64,000 bases of DNA from an uncultured Eubacteriales bacterium (GCA_900315895.1 ONAY01000002.1:7165-71164); one strand, 5' to 3'. Shown: positions 18,710 through 29,600, numbered from the stretch's first letter. The notes: a model not told the origin generated them from the sequence alone. Made by a program: numbers and translations.

Positions 18710-20065
18710 TTATCTGCCCTCCTTAGCATATCTTACGATGGCGTCTCTCATGTTCTTGGCTTTGGTGACGCAGTCAGTCTCAAAGAGCACGTATACCTTG
18801 CTGATACCCTCCCGGTCAACATTCTGAGGAATATCAGCCTCGTCCTCAACTGCTGCGATCTTTTCCTGTGGGATCCCGGCAAGAAGCATCCTGAGCTTGT
18901 GGTTAAGATACATGTGGCCGCCTACTATGATCTTCTTGATGTTGGGACTATTCAGGAATTCATAGTCTGTTTCATAGAGCCAGGTGAGAGTTTCTGTTGG
19001 GTGATTCTTGTCCTGGACCTCATCCATGAGGAGGACCACATCCTTGTCTGAAGGCTCCTTTGCCATGTATTCAAATACCACCGATGCTGCAGAGACGTTC
19101 TGGGATTTGGCGGCAAATGCGATGTAATCGATGCCGTTATACTCAACTCCGTCCTCTCTGATCTTGGTCACCGTCTGTCCCTTGAGGAAATCGGCGATGG
19201 TCTCCTCCTTGTAGCCCAGTTCGCTTAACATGGCCACCACGGACAGAACATTGAATGCGTTGAAAACTGTGTCGGAGATCAGCGGATACTCGTGTCCGTT
19301 CACCTGCATCTTACGATTGACAAGATCTACAGAATCCGCAAAGTAATCCGCCTCAGGATTCTTGAAGTCACAGTTTGCACAGTGGAACTTGCCGATGTGT
19401 CTGTAATGTCTGTAATCATATAATATCTTGCCTCCGCATCTTGGGCAGATGGCGATATCTTTAGATATATTGGAGAAGGGATCGGTCTTGGTGTCTCCCA
19501 TGGCGAAATACACGTTTCTGCCATCTCTGTTGAGCTCGCAGGAGATTGGGTCGCTTGCGTTCAAAACACCCTTCGTATGGTCTCCAAGAAGCCTGAAGGT
19601 ATGCTCGATATGGTTGAAAATGTTTTCAGGATGACCGTTTCTCCTCAGGCTGTCTTTACAGATGTTTGTAACGAATATGTAATGAGGCTTGATCCTCGGC
19701 ATATAGGTATCCAACGACAGTTCATCAGCCTCAAGTATGGAGCAATCAATCCTGGAATGGTTGAAGATGTTCACTCCTCTCATGAGGTTCACAGCGTAGC
19801 CCGCCATCATATTGGCTCCCCAGTCATTAAAGGAAGTTTTGAGTCCCTGGGACCTGAGGAAGTTGTTTAGAAGCGTGGAAGATGTGGTCTTTCCATCGGT
19901 TCCGGTCACAGTGATGACAAGCTTAGGCTTCGCGATCCTTTCGAGAAAATCCGGGCATATCTTGCAGGCCAGAAGACCCGGCATGTCCGTCTTGGGAAAT
20001 CTCTTTAAATTGTAAAAGATCTGCATGAGCTTCGCAGCCCAAAGCGCAATATAGAATCTTAACAT
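18710..20065 (-). CDS. MurT-like Mur-ligase-family protein (central Mur ligase domain + Cys4 ribbon + DUF1727-like C-terminus)
   Basis: P-loop VTGTDGKTTSS, NDWGANMMAG, LNASDP, zinc ribbon CPRCGGKILYDYRHYRHIGKFHCANC, C-terminal TLTWLYETDYEFL. Its stop TAA abuts the ATG of the GatD-like gene. Confidence 0.8.
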   Translation of the reverse strand: MLRFYIALWAAKLMQIFYNLKRFPKTDMPGLLACKICPDFLERIAKPKLVITVTGTDGKTTSSTLLNNFLRSQGLKTSFNDWGANMMAGYAVNLMRGVNIFNHSRIDCSILEADELSLDTYMPRIKPHYIFVTNICKDSLRRNGHPENIFNHIEHTFRLLGDHTKGVLNASDPISCELNRDGRNVYFAMGDTKTDPFSNISKDIAICPRCGGKILYDYRHYRHIGKFHCANCDFKNPEADYFADSVDLVNRKMQVNGHEYPLISDTVFNAFNVLSVVAMLSELGYKEETIADFLKGQTVTKIREDGVEYNGIDYIAFAAKSQNVSAASVVFEYMAKEPSDKDVVLLMDEVQDKNHPTETLTWLYETDYEFLNSPNIKKIIVGGHMYLNHKLRMLLAGIPQEKIAAVEDEADIPQNVDREGISKVYVLFETDCVTKAKNMRDAIVRYAKEGR

Positions 20066-20075
20066 TTGATCTCCT

Positions 20076-21548
20076 TTACAAAATATCCGTTAAAAGCATT
20101 GATATGCTCTCTTTGAACTTGATCCAAATGGATCTGTTCTCATACTCAGCTTCAGTGAGTTCGTGACCCTCTGCCATGTCATTTAAGAATGCGGCTTTCA
20201 TGGTCTTGGCAAAGCCCTTATCGTACACAAAGGCGTTGGTCTCGAAGTTCAATTTGAAGGACCTGATATCGAAATTGCATGATCCTACAGAAGAGACCTC
20301 ATCGTCGCATACCACGGTCTTCGCGTGCAAAAAACCTCCGTCATATATGAACACCCTGCAACCGGCCTTGATAAGTTCCCCTGCAAATGAGTATGTGGCC
20401 CAGTATACGAAGATATGATCAGGTTTACATGGTATCATGACCCTTACGTCCACACCGGACTGAGCGGCCATCTTACAGGATTCTATGATGGACCTGTCCG
20501 GTACGAAATAGGGAGACTGGATGTACACATACTTCTTGGCGGATGTGATCATCTTCATGTAGGCCCTCTTGATCTCCTGGTGAGGGGCTTCCGGCCCGCA
20601 GGAGACGATCTGAACGCCCTTGGTGCCCGGTTTGTTGGACCTGTCGATCTCAGTGGGGATCACCATTTTTTCTTTAGTGGTGAATCTCCAATCCAGGATG
20701 AACCTGCCCTGAAGTTCCTTGACTGCTTCCCCTCTCACTCTTATGTGAGAGTCTCTCCAGTGCCCGAACCTGGGCACAAGATTGCAGTATTCCTTGCCTA
20801 TGTTGTAGCCACCGGTGTAAGCGATCTCGTCATCGATCACTACGATCTTCCTGTGGTTACGATAGTTAAGGTTAAGCCCTACCTTAAGGCCGAACTTGTA
20901 AAGTCTTGGGGGGAAGAAATATCCTACCTTCCCTCCTGCTTCACGGAACTCTCTGGTGGCCCTGTTGCCTATCATTCTGGAACCCTGAGTATCTATAAGG
21001 AGTTTGACCTTCACACCCTGAGATGCTTTGTCCGTAAGAGCCTTTATGAGCTTCTTGCCGATCACATCGTTCTTTATGATGAAGTACTCCACATTGATAC
21101 TGCGCTTAGCCCTGGAAATATCTTCCAGCATCCGATCGAAGAGGACGCTTCCGTCGGTAATGAGTTCAACTTCATTTCCGTCTGTATAGACAGATCCTCC
21201 GTAGACCTGATTGAGCTTCAGAAGATCTTTTTTTGCTTCTGCGGCAGGATTTTCAAGTACAGCCGTTCCCCCGTCCAGATCGTCGATCTGATCGTTCAGA
21301 AGCCTCTCAAAAGCGTCATACTCATCGTCGTAGAGCCTGTTGATCTTCATCCTGGAAAGGTTCTGATTCAGCAAAAGATAGAAGACGAACCCTACGATAG
21401 GTATGAACGCCAGCACCATGATCCATGCCAGTGCTGCAGATGATGATTTCCGCTCAAAAAATATGACCGCAAAAATGAATATGAAATTTATGACATAGAG
21501 TCCGACAGGGATCGCAGCGTAGTGTTTAAGGAATTCATCGAATACCAT
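20076..21548 (-). CDS. cls: Cardiolipin synthase
   Basis: Two N-terminal TM helices and two HKD motifs (HRKIVVIDDEIAYTGGYNIG; HAKTVVCDDEVSSVGSCNFD). Confidence 0.95.
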   Translation of the reverse strand: MVFDEFLKHYAAIPVGLYVINFIFIFAVIFFERKSSSAALAWIMVLAFIPIVGFVFYLLLNQNLSRMKINRLYDDEYDAFERLLNDQIDDLDGGTAVLENPAAEAKKDLLKLNQVYGGSVYTDGNEVELITDGSVLFDRMLEDISRAKRSINVEYFIIKNDVIGKKLIKALTDKASQGVKVKLLIDTQGSRMIGNRATREFREAGGKVGYFFPPRLYKFGLKVGLNLNYRNHRKIVVIDDEIAYTGGYNIGKEYCNLVPRFGHWRDSHIRVRGEAVKELQGRFILDWRFTTKEKMVIPTEIDRSNKPGTKGVQIVSCGPEAPHQEIKRAYMKMITSAKKYVYIQSPYFVPDRSIIESCKMAAQSGVDVRVMIPCKPDHIFVYWATYSFAGELIKAGCRVFIYDGGFLHAKTVVCDDEVSSVGSCNFDIRSFKLNFETNAFVYDKGFAKTMKAAFLNDMAEGHELTEAEYENRSIWIKFKESISMLLTDIL

Positions 21549-21549
21549 G

Positions 21550-22875
21550 TCAGATCAGTTCTCCTTCCAGACTGAATGTGTTTGATGATGTGATCCTGAC
21601 CTTGACCATTTTTCCGGTAAGATCGGGGCTTCCTTTGAAATTAACCAGCTTGAAGGTACCGGTCCTTCCTGACATCTTGCCCCGTACCCTCTTTGCAGGG
21701 CCGTCGCAGAGGACTTCCACAGTCCTTCCTACATAAAGAGCGTTCTTGCGGGCGGAAGTCTCATTGATCTCGTCACAGAGTCTGTTGAATCTCTCGTGCT
21801 TGACTGTTTCAGGGATCTGATCCTCATATTCTGCAGCAGGTGTTCCCTTCCTGATGGAGTAAAGGAATGTGAAGGCTGAATCATAATCCGCCTCTCTGCA
21901 AAGTTTCAGAGTATCCTGGAAATCTTCTTCTGTCTCACCCGGGAATCCCACTATTATGTCGGTGGATATGGAGATATCCGGGCAAGCCTCTCTGAGTTTT
22001 CTAACAAGCTCCAGATATCTTTCGCCGGTATACCTTCTGTTCATCCTTTTAAGGATCCTGTCAGAACCCGACTGGACGGGAAGATGGAAGTTATGACAGA
22101 GCTTGTCACAGGTCCTGAAGCAATCTATAAGCTTATCCGATAGATCCTTTGGATGGGAAGTCATGAAACGGATCCTCTCAAGGCCTTCAACATCGTTGAG
22201 CCTTCTGACAAGATCCGGGAAGTCCTTGATATCAGAATCCGGATCCCCTTTATAGCTGTTGACGTTCTGTCCAAGAAGCATGATCTCCTTGACGCCGTCA
22301 GCCACAAGGTCTTCCACCTCCCGTACTATATCTTCAGGCTTTCTGGAACGTTCTCTGCCTCTTGTATAGGGCACGATGCAGTATGTGCAGAAGTTATTGC
22401 AGCCGAAGGTGATATTGACATAAGACTTGTGTTCAAAGAGGCGCTTCGCCGGAAGTCCTTCAATGATCTCTCCTCCGTCCTGCCAGACCCTAAGCTGCTT
22501 CTGCCTCTCGGTATAAAGATTATCAAGAAGCGTAGGAAGCTCATGGATATTGTGAGTTCCAAGTACAACGTCGACCCAAGGGTACTTCTGTTTTATGGAA
22601 TCGATGACCCTCTGCTGCTGCATCATGCATCCGGTGCAGCAGACGATAAGGTCTTCGCCCTTCTCTAGTTTTTTGTTCTTTAACTGTCCCAGAGTGCCGA
22701 AGAATCTTTTGTCAGCGTTGTCTCTAATGCTGCAGGTATTCAGAAGGATCAGGTCAGCTTCAGCCTTGGAGGGAGCGGGCTCAAAGCCCTTTTCTTCAAG
22801 GAGGCCTGCCATGACTTCTGAGTCATGTTCATTCATCTGGCACCCAAAGGTTTGTATAAAATATGTTTTACTCAT
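21550..22875 (-). CDS. miaB: tRNA-i6A37 methylthiotransferase MiaB
   Basis: TFGCQMNEHDSE, radical SAM CNNFCTYCIVPY, TRAM domain. Confidence 0.93.
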   Translation of the reverse strand: MSKTYFIQTFGCQMNEHDSEVMAGLLEEKGFEPAPSKAEADLILLNTCSIRDNADKRFFGTLGQLKNKKLEKGEDLIVCCTGCMMQQQRVIDSIKQKYPWVDVVLGTHNIHELPTLLDNLYTERQKQLRVWQDGGEIIEGLPAKRLFEHKSYVNITFGCNNFCTYCIVPYTRGRERSRKPEDIVREVEDLVADGVKEIMLLGQNVNSYKGDPDSDIKDFPDLVRRLNDVEGLERIRFMTSHPKDLSDKLIDCFRTCDKLCHNFHLPVQSGSDRILKRMNRRYTGERYLELVRKLREACPDISISTDIIVGFPGETEEDFQDTLKLCREADYDSAFTFLYSIRKGTPAAEYEDQIPETVKHERFNRLCDEINETSARKNALYVGRTVEVLCDGPAKRVRGKMSGRTGTFKLVNFKGSPDLTGKMVKVRITSSNTFSLEGELI

Positions 22876-23851
22876 GTTTTCTCTGTCTTCCCATGAGACT
22901 TCTCACGCTTTCTTCAGGCGTAAGTTCTCCGAGAATAAGCTTGTGCATGGTTTTGGATATGGGCATCTCCACATCATATTTGTCAGCCAACAGACATACT
23001 GCTTCCTGAGTGGTGTAGCCTTCAACTATCATTCCTACTTTTTTGAGGGCTTCTTGGGTATTCATGCCCTGCCCCAGCATAATGCCGAATCTTCTGTTTC
23101 TGGAATGCATGGATGTACAGGTCACCACCAGGTCGCCGATGCCGCTCAATCCTGAGAAGGTCTCAGCCTCGCCGCCCATGGCCATTCCCAGACGTTTCAT
23201 CTCTGCGATGCCTCTGGTGATGAGCGCCGCCTTGGCATTGTCACCAAGCTCCAGTCCGTCGGATATTCCGCATGCCAGTGCTATAACGTTCTTGACTGCG
23301 CCTCCCAGTTCAACTCCTATGAGATCGTGGTTGGTGTAGACTCTGAACAATTCGTTCATAAAAAGCTGCTGGACCTGGCCCATGAATTCGCTGTCTTTGG
23401 ATGAAACGCAGACTGTGGATGGCAGCATCCTGGCAACTTCCTCAGCGTGGGATGGTCCTGACAGACAGGCAAAGGAAGAACCTTCATATGAATCCTCCCA
23501 TACCTGTGACATCCTCATGAGAGTCCCCTGCTCGATACCTTTTGCTACGTTTACGATAGGGATACCCTTTCTTATACCGTTGATATCGGACAGGACCTGT
23601 CTCAGCTGCTGTGCAGGGACAGCCATTACCAGGATATCGCAGGACTCTACAGCTTCCTTAAGGTCCGATGTGACCTTAAGCTCCTTAGGAAGCATGAGCC
23701 CCGGGAGATATCTATGGTTTCCGCCGGTGTTCTCTATCATTTTGATCTGTACAGGATTCCTTCCGTACAGAGTGACCTGATGTCCGTTTGAAAGAAGCAC
23801 TATGGCTAATGCAGTTCCGAAACTGCCGGCACCTATAACTGATATCTTCAC
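22868..23851 (-). CDS. gpsA: NAD(P)H-dependent glycerol-3-phosphate dehydrogenase
   Basis: KISVIGAGSFGTALA Rossmann motif, GAVKNVIA. GTG start at 23851 with a GGAGA RBS; overlaps the plsY stop. Confidence 0.95.
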   Translation of the reverse strand: MKISVIGAGSFGTALAIVLLSNGHQVTLYGRNPVQIKMIENTGGNHRYLPGLMLPKELKVTSDLKEAVESCDILVMAVPAQQLRQVLSDINGIRKGIPIVNVAKGIEQGTLMRMSQVWEDSYEGSSFACLSGPSHAEEVARMLPSTVCVSSKDSEFMGQVQQLFMNELFRVYTNHDLIGVELGGAVKNVIALACGISDGLELGDNAKAALITRGIAEMKRLGMAMGGEAETFSGLSGIGDLVVTCTSMHSRNRRFGIMLGQGMNTQEALKKVGMIVEGYTTQEAVCLLADKYDVEMPISKTMHKLILGELTPEESVRSLMGRQRKHE

Positions 23852-24450
23852 TTGGTCTTCTCCTTTCCCGCAAGAAATCCAAGGGGCGGCTCTTCGCCAT
23901 TGATCAGTCTCTTGATATTTCCTCTGTGCATGAATATGATCAGCGCCGCCATAATGATTATGAAGGGCAGGAATCCCTTTTCAAGGAAAATAGCATAAAC
24001 CACCGCAAGGGCTGCTCCGGAAATGGAACCTGCAGACATCCTCTTTGTTAGGAGAGTCACTATGACAACTGTGAGGAGGCACAGAAGCGCCAGCTTCCAG
24101 TTGACACCGAGAAGTCCGCCGAAGGCTACTGCCACACCCTTGCCGCCTTTGAAACCATAGTACACCGGGAACAGGTGACCTATAAAGGCTGCTAAGGACG
24201 ACCAGTAGCAAAGTTCAGGCATTTCAAAGATCAAAGGAAACAGGATGGCAGGAAGCAGTCCTTTTAAAATGTCCACCACCAGGGTGATGACGGCCGCCTT
24301 GGCTCCCAGCACTCTTAGAGCGTTGGTGGTCCCTGCGTTTCCACTGCCTTCTTTTTTGATATCTATGCCTCTGGCCCTTCCGATCAATATGGAAGGAGAG
24401 ATGCTGCCGATGAGATATGAAATTATAATCGTTAAAACTATCTTAACCAA
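23848..24450 (-). CDS. plsY: Glycerol-3-phosphate acyltransferase PlsY
   Basis: YLIGSISPS, GSGNAGTTN, FKGGKGVA motifs. TTG start at 24450 preceded by AAAGGAGAAAGGGAAG. Confidence 0.92.
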   Translation of the reverse strand: MVKIVLTIIISYLIGSISPSILIGRARGIDIKKEGSGNAGTTNALRVLGAKAAVITLVVDILKGLLPAILFPLIFEMPELCYWSSLAAFIGHLFPVYYGFKGGKGVAVAFGGLLGVNWKLALLCLLTVVIVTLLTKRMSAGSISGAALAVVYAIFLEKGFLPFIIIMAALIIFMHRGNIKRLINGEEPPLGFLAGKEKTK

Positions 24451-25777
24451 TCAGATCTTCCCTTTCTCCTTTTTCCCTGAAAATAAACTTGATGGATGTT
24501 CCTTCAAAGTTGAAGCTTTGTCTGATCCTGTTCTCCAGATATCTGGAATAAGAGAAATGCATCAGATCTCTCCTGTTGATCTGGAAGCTGAAAAGAGGCG
24601 GCTTCACGCCGATCTGAGCGGCGTAGTAAATCTTTAGCCTCTTGCCCTTGTCTGAGGGCGGCTGCTTCATGAGGACCGCATCCTGAATAAGTGAATTCAG
24701 CTGGCTGGTGGGCACTCTCATGGATCTGTTCTCTGAAATGGTCTTGCACATGGGGATGACCTTGTTCATCCTCTGATTGTTGAGAACGGATATGAATAGG
24801 ATGGGAGCATAGCTCATGAATGCCAGATCCGTCTTGAGCTCCTTCTCGAAGTCCCTCATGGTATTGGTCTCTTTTGTGACCAGGTCCCACTTGTTTACAA
24901 GTACCAGTATGCCCTTTCCTGCCTCGTGAGCGATGCCTGCGATCTTCTTGTCCTGCTCCGTCAGTCCTTCCGCTCCGTCGATCATGAGTGCGCATACGTC
25001 GCAGCGCTCTATGGCTGCAACAGCACGGACTACAGAATATTTTTCGATATCATCGTAGATCTTGGCCTGGCGCCTGATGCCTGCAGTGTCGATCAAAAGA
25101 TACTTCTCGCCGTCCTTTTCAAAGGGCGTGTCTATGGAGTCTCTGGTGGTTCCTGCAATGGGAGATACGATGACTCTGTTTTCACCGAGGATAGAGTTTA
25201 CAAGGGATGACTTACCCACATTGGGTTTACCGATGACTGCGATCTTGATCTGATCTTCTTCGTCAGTCTCCTCATCTCTTGGGAATCCTGCCACAACGTC
25301 GTCAAGGACGTCTCCGAAATTCAGCACGTTTGCGGATGATAGCGGAATGGGCTCACCGAGACCAAGCTCATAGAAATCGTAGAAGAAATCAGGAAGAGCC
25401 GAGGGCTTATCCACCTTGTTCACCACGAGGACGATGGGCTTTCCTGTACGTCTCAGCATATCAGCCACTTCTCTGTCCGCATGGGTCAGGCCCTCCTTAC
25501 CATCCACCATGAAGATGATGACATCCGCAAGGTCCATAGCTACCTGAGCCTGTTCACGCATCTGTGAAAGGATGATATCGTCTGATGATGGCTCGATTCC
25601 GCCGGTATCTATAAGTCCGAAGCTTCTGGAATTCCACTCTGCATCCGCATATATCCTGTCTCTTGTGACTCCCGGGGTATCTTCAACGATGGCAACGCGC
25701 TTTCCAACGACTCTGTTAAAGAATGTGCTTTTGCCTACATTAGGTCTTCCAACTATTGCAACGATAGGTTTACTCAT
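24443..25777 (-). CDS. der: Ribosome-associated GTPase Der/EngA
   Basis: Two G domains (GRPNVGKST...DTGG...NKVD; GKPNVGKSS...DTAG...NKWD) plus a KH-like C-terminus. Start set to MSKPIVAIVG at 25777; the ORF-track start at 25873 over-extends. Confidence 0.97.
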   Translation of the reverse strand: MSKPIVAIVGRPNVGKSTFFNRVVGKRVAIVEDTPGVTRDRIYADAEWNSRSFGLIDTGGIEPSSDDIILSQMREQAQVAMDLADVIIFMVDGKEGLTHADREVADMLRRTGKPIVLVVNKVDKPSALPDFFYDFYELGLGEPIPLSSANVLNFGDVLDDVVAGFPRDEETDEEDQIKIAVIGKPNVGKSSLVNSILGENRVIVSPIAGTTRDSIDTPFEKDGEKYLLIDTAGIRRQAKIYDDIEKYSVVRAVAAIERCDVCALMIDGAEGLTEQDKKIAGIAHEAGKGILVLVNKWDLVTKETNTMRDFEKELKTDLAFMSYAPILFISVLNNQRMNKVIPMCKTISENRSMRVPTSQLNSLIQDAVLMKQPPSDKGKRLKIYYAAQIGVKPPLFSFQINRRDLMHFSYSRYLENRIRQSFNFEGTSIKFIFREKGEREDLIG

Positions 25778-26669
25778 CGAACAATCCTCCGATAAACTCA
25801 GCTGCATCAAAGGGTTCCAGATCCTCAATTTTCTCGCCTGTTCCGATGAACTTGATGGGTATGTCGAACTCATCAGCGATGGTTATTGCTATCCCGCCCT
25901 TGGCAGTTCCGTCAAGCTTGGTAAGGACCACTCCCGTAATAGCTGCTGCATTTCCAAATTCTTCAGCCTGTGAGACTGCATTCTTTCCTGTTGTGGCATC
26001 CAGCACAAGGAGGGTCTCACGGTCGGCCTCCGGCCACTCTCTGGAGATGACTCTGTCCATCTTGGCCAGCTCGTTCATAAGGTTCTTCTTTGTCTGGAGA
26101 CGGCCTGCGGTATCGCAGATCAAAACATCCGCGTGCCTGGCCTTGGCAGATTGAATGGCATCGAAGATGACCGCAGAGGGATCAGCTCCCTCTCCCTGCT
26201 TGATCACAGGAATGTCATTTCTCTCGCCCCATATGCTAAGCTGCTCAGAAGCTGCGGCTCTGAAGGTGTCGGCAGCGGCAAGTACAACTGTCTTGCCCTG
26301 TTTTTTTAGCCTGTAGGCCAGCTTTCCGATGGTAGTGGTCTTGCCTCCGCCGTTTATTCCGATCATGAGGATCAGAAGCGGAGACTTGTCTGAAAGCTTC
26401 TGTCTCTCACCCTTGTCCACGTGTCTTATAAGGATCTCCGTCAGAGCCTTGCGCACGTTTTTGGGGAGGGTCAGATAATCCTCGGATATCCTGGTTCTGA
26501 TCTCATCCATGATGGTCATGGTGGTCTCCATGCCGATGTCAGAAGATACCAGAAGTTCCTCCAGGTTATCGATCACTTCCTCGTCCACTTCCATCTTCGC
26601 AAAAAGTGTATTGCTGATCTTTTCACCAAGGCTTCCGAAAAATCCTTTTTTCTCTTTAAAAATACTCAT
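25770..26669 (-). CDS. ftsY: Signal recognition particle receptor FtsY
   Basis: NG domain GINGGGKTTTIGKLA, DTAGRL, TKLDGTAKGG. Confidence 0.96.
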   Translation of the reverse strand: MSIFKEKKGFFGSLGEKISNTLFAKMEVDEEVIDNLEELLVSSDIGMETTMTIMDEIRTRISEDYLTLPKNVRKALTEILIRHVDKGERQKLSDKSPLLILMIGINGGGKTTTIGKLAYRLKKQGKTVVLAAADTFRAAASEQLSIWGERNDIPVIKQGEGADPSAVIFDAIQSAKARHADVLICDTAGRLQTKKNLMNELAKMDRVISREWPEADRETLLVLDATTGKNAVSQAEEFGNAAAITGVVLTKLDGTAKGGIAITIADEFDIPIKFIGTGEKIEDLEPFDAAEFIGGLFDE

Positions 26670-26686
26670 TAAGTATGTTTTCCTCT

Positions 26687-29600
26687 CTATAGTTCAAAAT
26701 CGCTTCCCAGTCTCAGGGATATCACTCTGGATACGCCCTGCTCCGGCATGGTCACGCCGTAGAGCACGTCTGCATGCTCCATGGTGGCCTTCTGGTGGGT
26801 CACTACCACGAACTGGATGTCGTGGAAGTTCTTGAGATAATCTGCGAATCTGTCGATGTTCATATCGTCCAGAGCAGCTTCCACCTCATCAAGTATGCAG
26901 AACGGCGTGGGCTTGGTCTTAAGAACGGCAAACATCAAAGCGATAGCAGTCATGGACTTCTCGCCGCCGGACAGAAGATTGATGTTCTGAAGCTTCTTTC
27001 CGGGGGGCTGAGCGATTATCTCAATGCCTGAATTAAGAGGATCGTCCTCATTATCCATGGTGATGGTGGCAGTTCCTCCTCCGAACATTTCGGTGAATAT
27101 CTCTTCGAAGTTCTTTTCCACCTGATCGAAGTTGTTTCTGAACCTTTCTTTGATGATCTTATCCATGTCACGGATGATGGAGTTCAGCTCGTCCATGGCG
27201 GCTGTAATATCCTTACGCTGATCCAGCATGAACTCATAACGCTCAGATACCTTCTGATACTCTTCGATGGATGCTGGGTCGAAATCCCCGATCTCATCCA
27301 GTCTCACCTTCATTTCTCTGGTCTCTTTCACGGCCTGAGAATAATGGAAGTCTTCGATCTTAAAGTTCAGGGCCTGAGCATAGGTGATCTCATGATCATC
27401 CAGAAGTTTCTGTTTGAGAGCTTCCAGCTGGGCGTCATTTCTCGCCATGCGGATCTCCTGCTGCTGCTTCTGGGCGATGAGCTGATTGAGTTCCTCCACC
27501 TTGAGATTCAGTTCCTGAGTCATCTCTTTTACAGAAGCGAGAGCTTCAGCCTTGTCTTTATCGATCTCAGCGATGTATGATTCAAGGCCGGTCTTCTTAT
27601 CGGACAGGACATTGAACTTGTCTTCGGAGTCATCGGAACCGTAAAGAAGGCGGTCACGTTTCTCCATAATAGCGTCGAGTTCGTCCTGTTTCCTGTCGAT
27701 CTGCTCTGTGAGATCGTCAATATTATCCTGAGATATTTCAAGAAGGCCGTTCAATGCATCGATCTTGTTCTCTATCTCAGTTCTTCTGATGCGGGCGTTG
27801 GTGATCGCAGTATTTGCATCAGTGACCTTTGATGAAGTCTCTTCGATCTCCTTAAGAAGATCATCTGATGAGGACTCCATGTCCCGTATCTTTTGCTCGA
27901 TCTCTTCAGCAGATCTGGCTGAATTCGTCTCCATCTCGGCAGTATTCTTGAGCTCTTCCTCGATGGAAGCCAGCTCCATAAGCCTTTTTTCCTTGGCTTC
28001 AGAAGCGTTTTTCAAGCTCTCCCTTAAGGCTGCCAGCCTGGCCTGTAGTTCCACGTCCTTGGCCTTGAGCACCTCAAGTTCCTGCTCAAAAGATCTCCTG
28101 CCGCTCTGGATGTCTTGTATCTCCTGGCGGGTGGAGATTCTCTTGCTCTCCTTGATCTCCAGGTCTCTGTCTATGGCAGTTATCTCATCACCAAGGCCTG
28201 CTATCTCCGTCCTTCTGGAAAGGATGTTCATGGTCTTGGTCCTGTATTTACCGCCTGTGATGGCACCGGAAGCGTTTACCACATCACCTTCCAGGGTGAC
28301 GAACCTGAAGCCGCGTCCTGCTATCTTGGAAAGCCTTACAGCAGTATCGAGATCCTTCACGACTGCTGTCCTTCCGAGAAGATAATCCATCACTCCTCTG
28401 TATTCGGGATTGAATGTGACGATCTCAGATGCCAGACCTTCAAAGCCGTTGGCCTTCTCTACTGCGTTTTCCAGGTGGGCTCTGGTGCCCTTGACTGATT
28501 CCATGGGAAGGAAGGTTATCCTGCCCGCAGAGGCTTCCTTGAGCCTTCTGATGGCATTCTTGGCGTCCTGATCCTTCTCACAGACGATATTGGAGATTCC
28601 TGAGCCAAGAGCTGTCTCTATGGCAGTCTCGAATCCCTTGGGAACGTCTATAAGTTCAGCCACCGTGCCTCTCAGACCGTGTCCGGATCCGTTCATGATG
28701 AATTTGACGGCTCCGCCATAGCCTTCATAAGAAGCTTCCATCTCTTCCAGGGCCTTCTTTCTGGCGGTCAGCTGAGACCTTTTGATCTTCAGGTCTCCAA
28801 TGCTTCCTTCAAGGTTTTCAAGATCCGAATCCAGTTCTCTGACCTTGCTGTCAGCCTGGGACAGCTTCTCCAGCAAAAGATTTCCGTCCCGGTCATTGGC
28901 TTCCTTAAGGGCTTCAGCTTCTTTGATCTCATCTTCAGTATCAGAAGAACTGGTGCTTACCTCCTGTGAATCAGAAAGAAGCAGCTCCTGCCTCTTGAGA
29001 AGGGTCTCCTTCATGCTTCCGAAGGATCTGGATTCTGATCTTAATCCCGATGCCTTACGGGACAGCTCCAGGATCTCGTTCTTGATGTCTTCAAGGCTCT
29101 GCTGCTTGGAAATGGATACGGACATGATCTTATTGTATCCGTCGATCTCGGCTTCCAAGGCTTTGGTAGCCTTTGTAAGATCCTCCTCCATGCCGAAGAG
29201 GGTATTTTCCTTCTCTTCGTTGGAGGTCATCTCCTTCTCAAGACGCGTGTTCAATGCTTCGATCTCAGCGGTGAGCCTTTCGACGTCGCTGTCCATGGCG
29301 GAAAGGCGGGTCTCGTCCATCTGAGTCTTGTTCTTTATGTCATTAAGCTTGTTTACGATGGAGAGCAGTTCCTCCCTGGCCTTGTCGCCCAAGGCCTGGA
29401 GCTTTTCGTTCTTTAATCTCTCTTCTTCGATCTTTTCGTCAAGACCTGCTTTGTCAGCCTTGTGCTTCTCAATATCCTCTTTGAGAGCCTCAGCATCCTC
29501 TTCTGATGTTGAGCCCTGAGCATTCAGCCTGTCTATGTTATGGAGAGCTATGTTGATGTCCAGATCCTTTTTCTTGGCTCTGATCTCAAGGGCCTCCTTG

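Noticed and set aside
20415-21443. 342-aa plus-strand ORF
   Set aside because: It is antisense to cardiolipin synthase, whose two HKD motifs firmly support the minus-strand frame. The composition looks like reverse-complement noise.
24504-24995. 163-aa Arg/His/Gln-rich minus-strand ORF
   Set aside because: It is an alternative frame inside der, a low-complexity artefact. The der frame carries two complete GTPase motif sets.
27765-29324. Ser/Leu-rich plus-strand ORFs (206 aa, 180 aa and others) and apparent low-complexity repetition
   Set aside because: They are the reverse complement of the Glu/Leu/Lys-rich coiled-coil coding region of smc. They are neither DNA tandem repeats nor genes.
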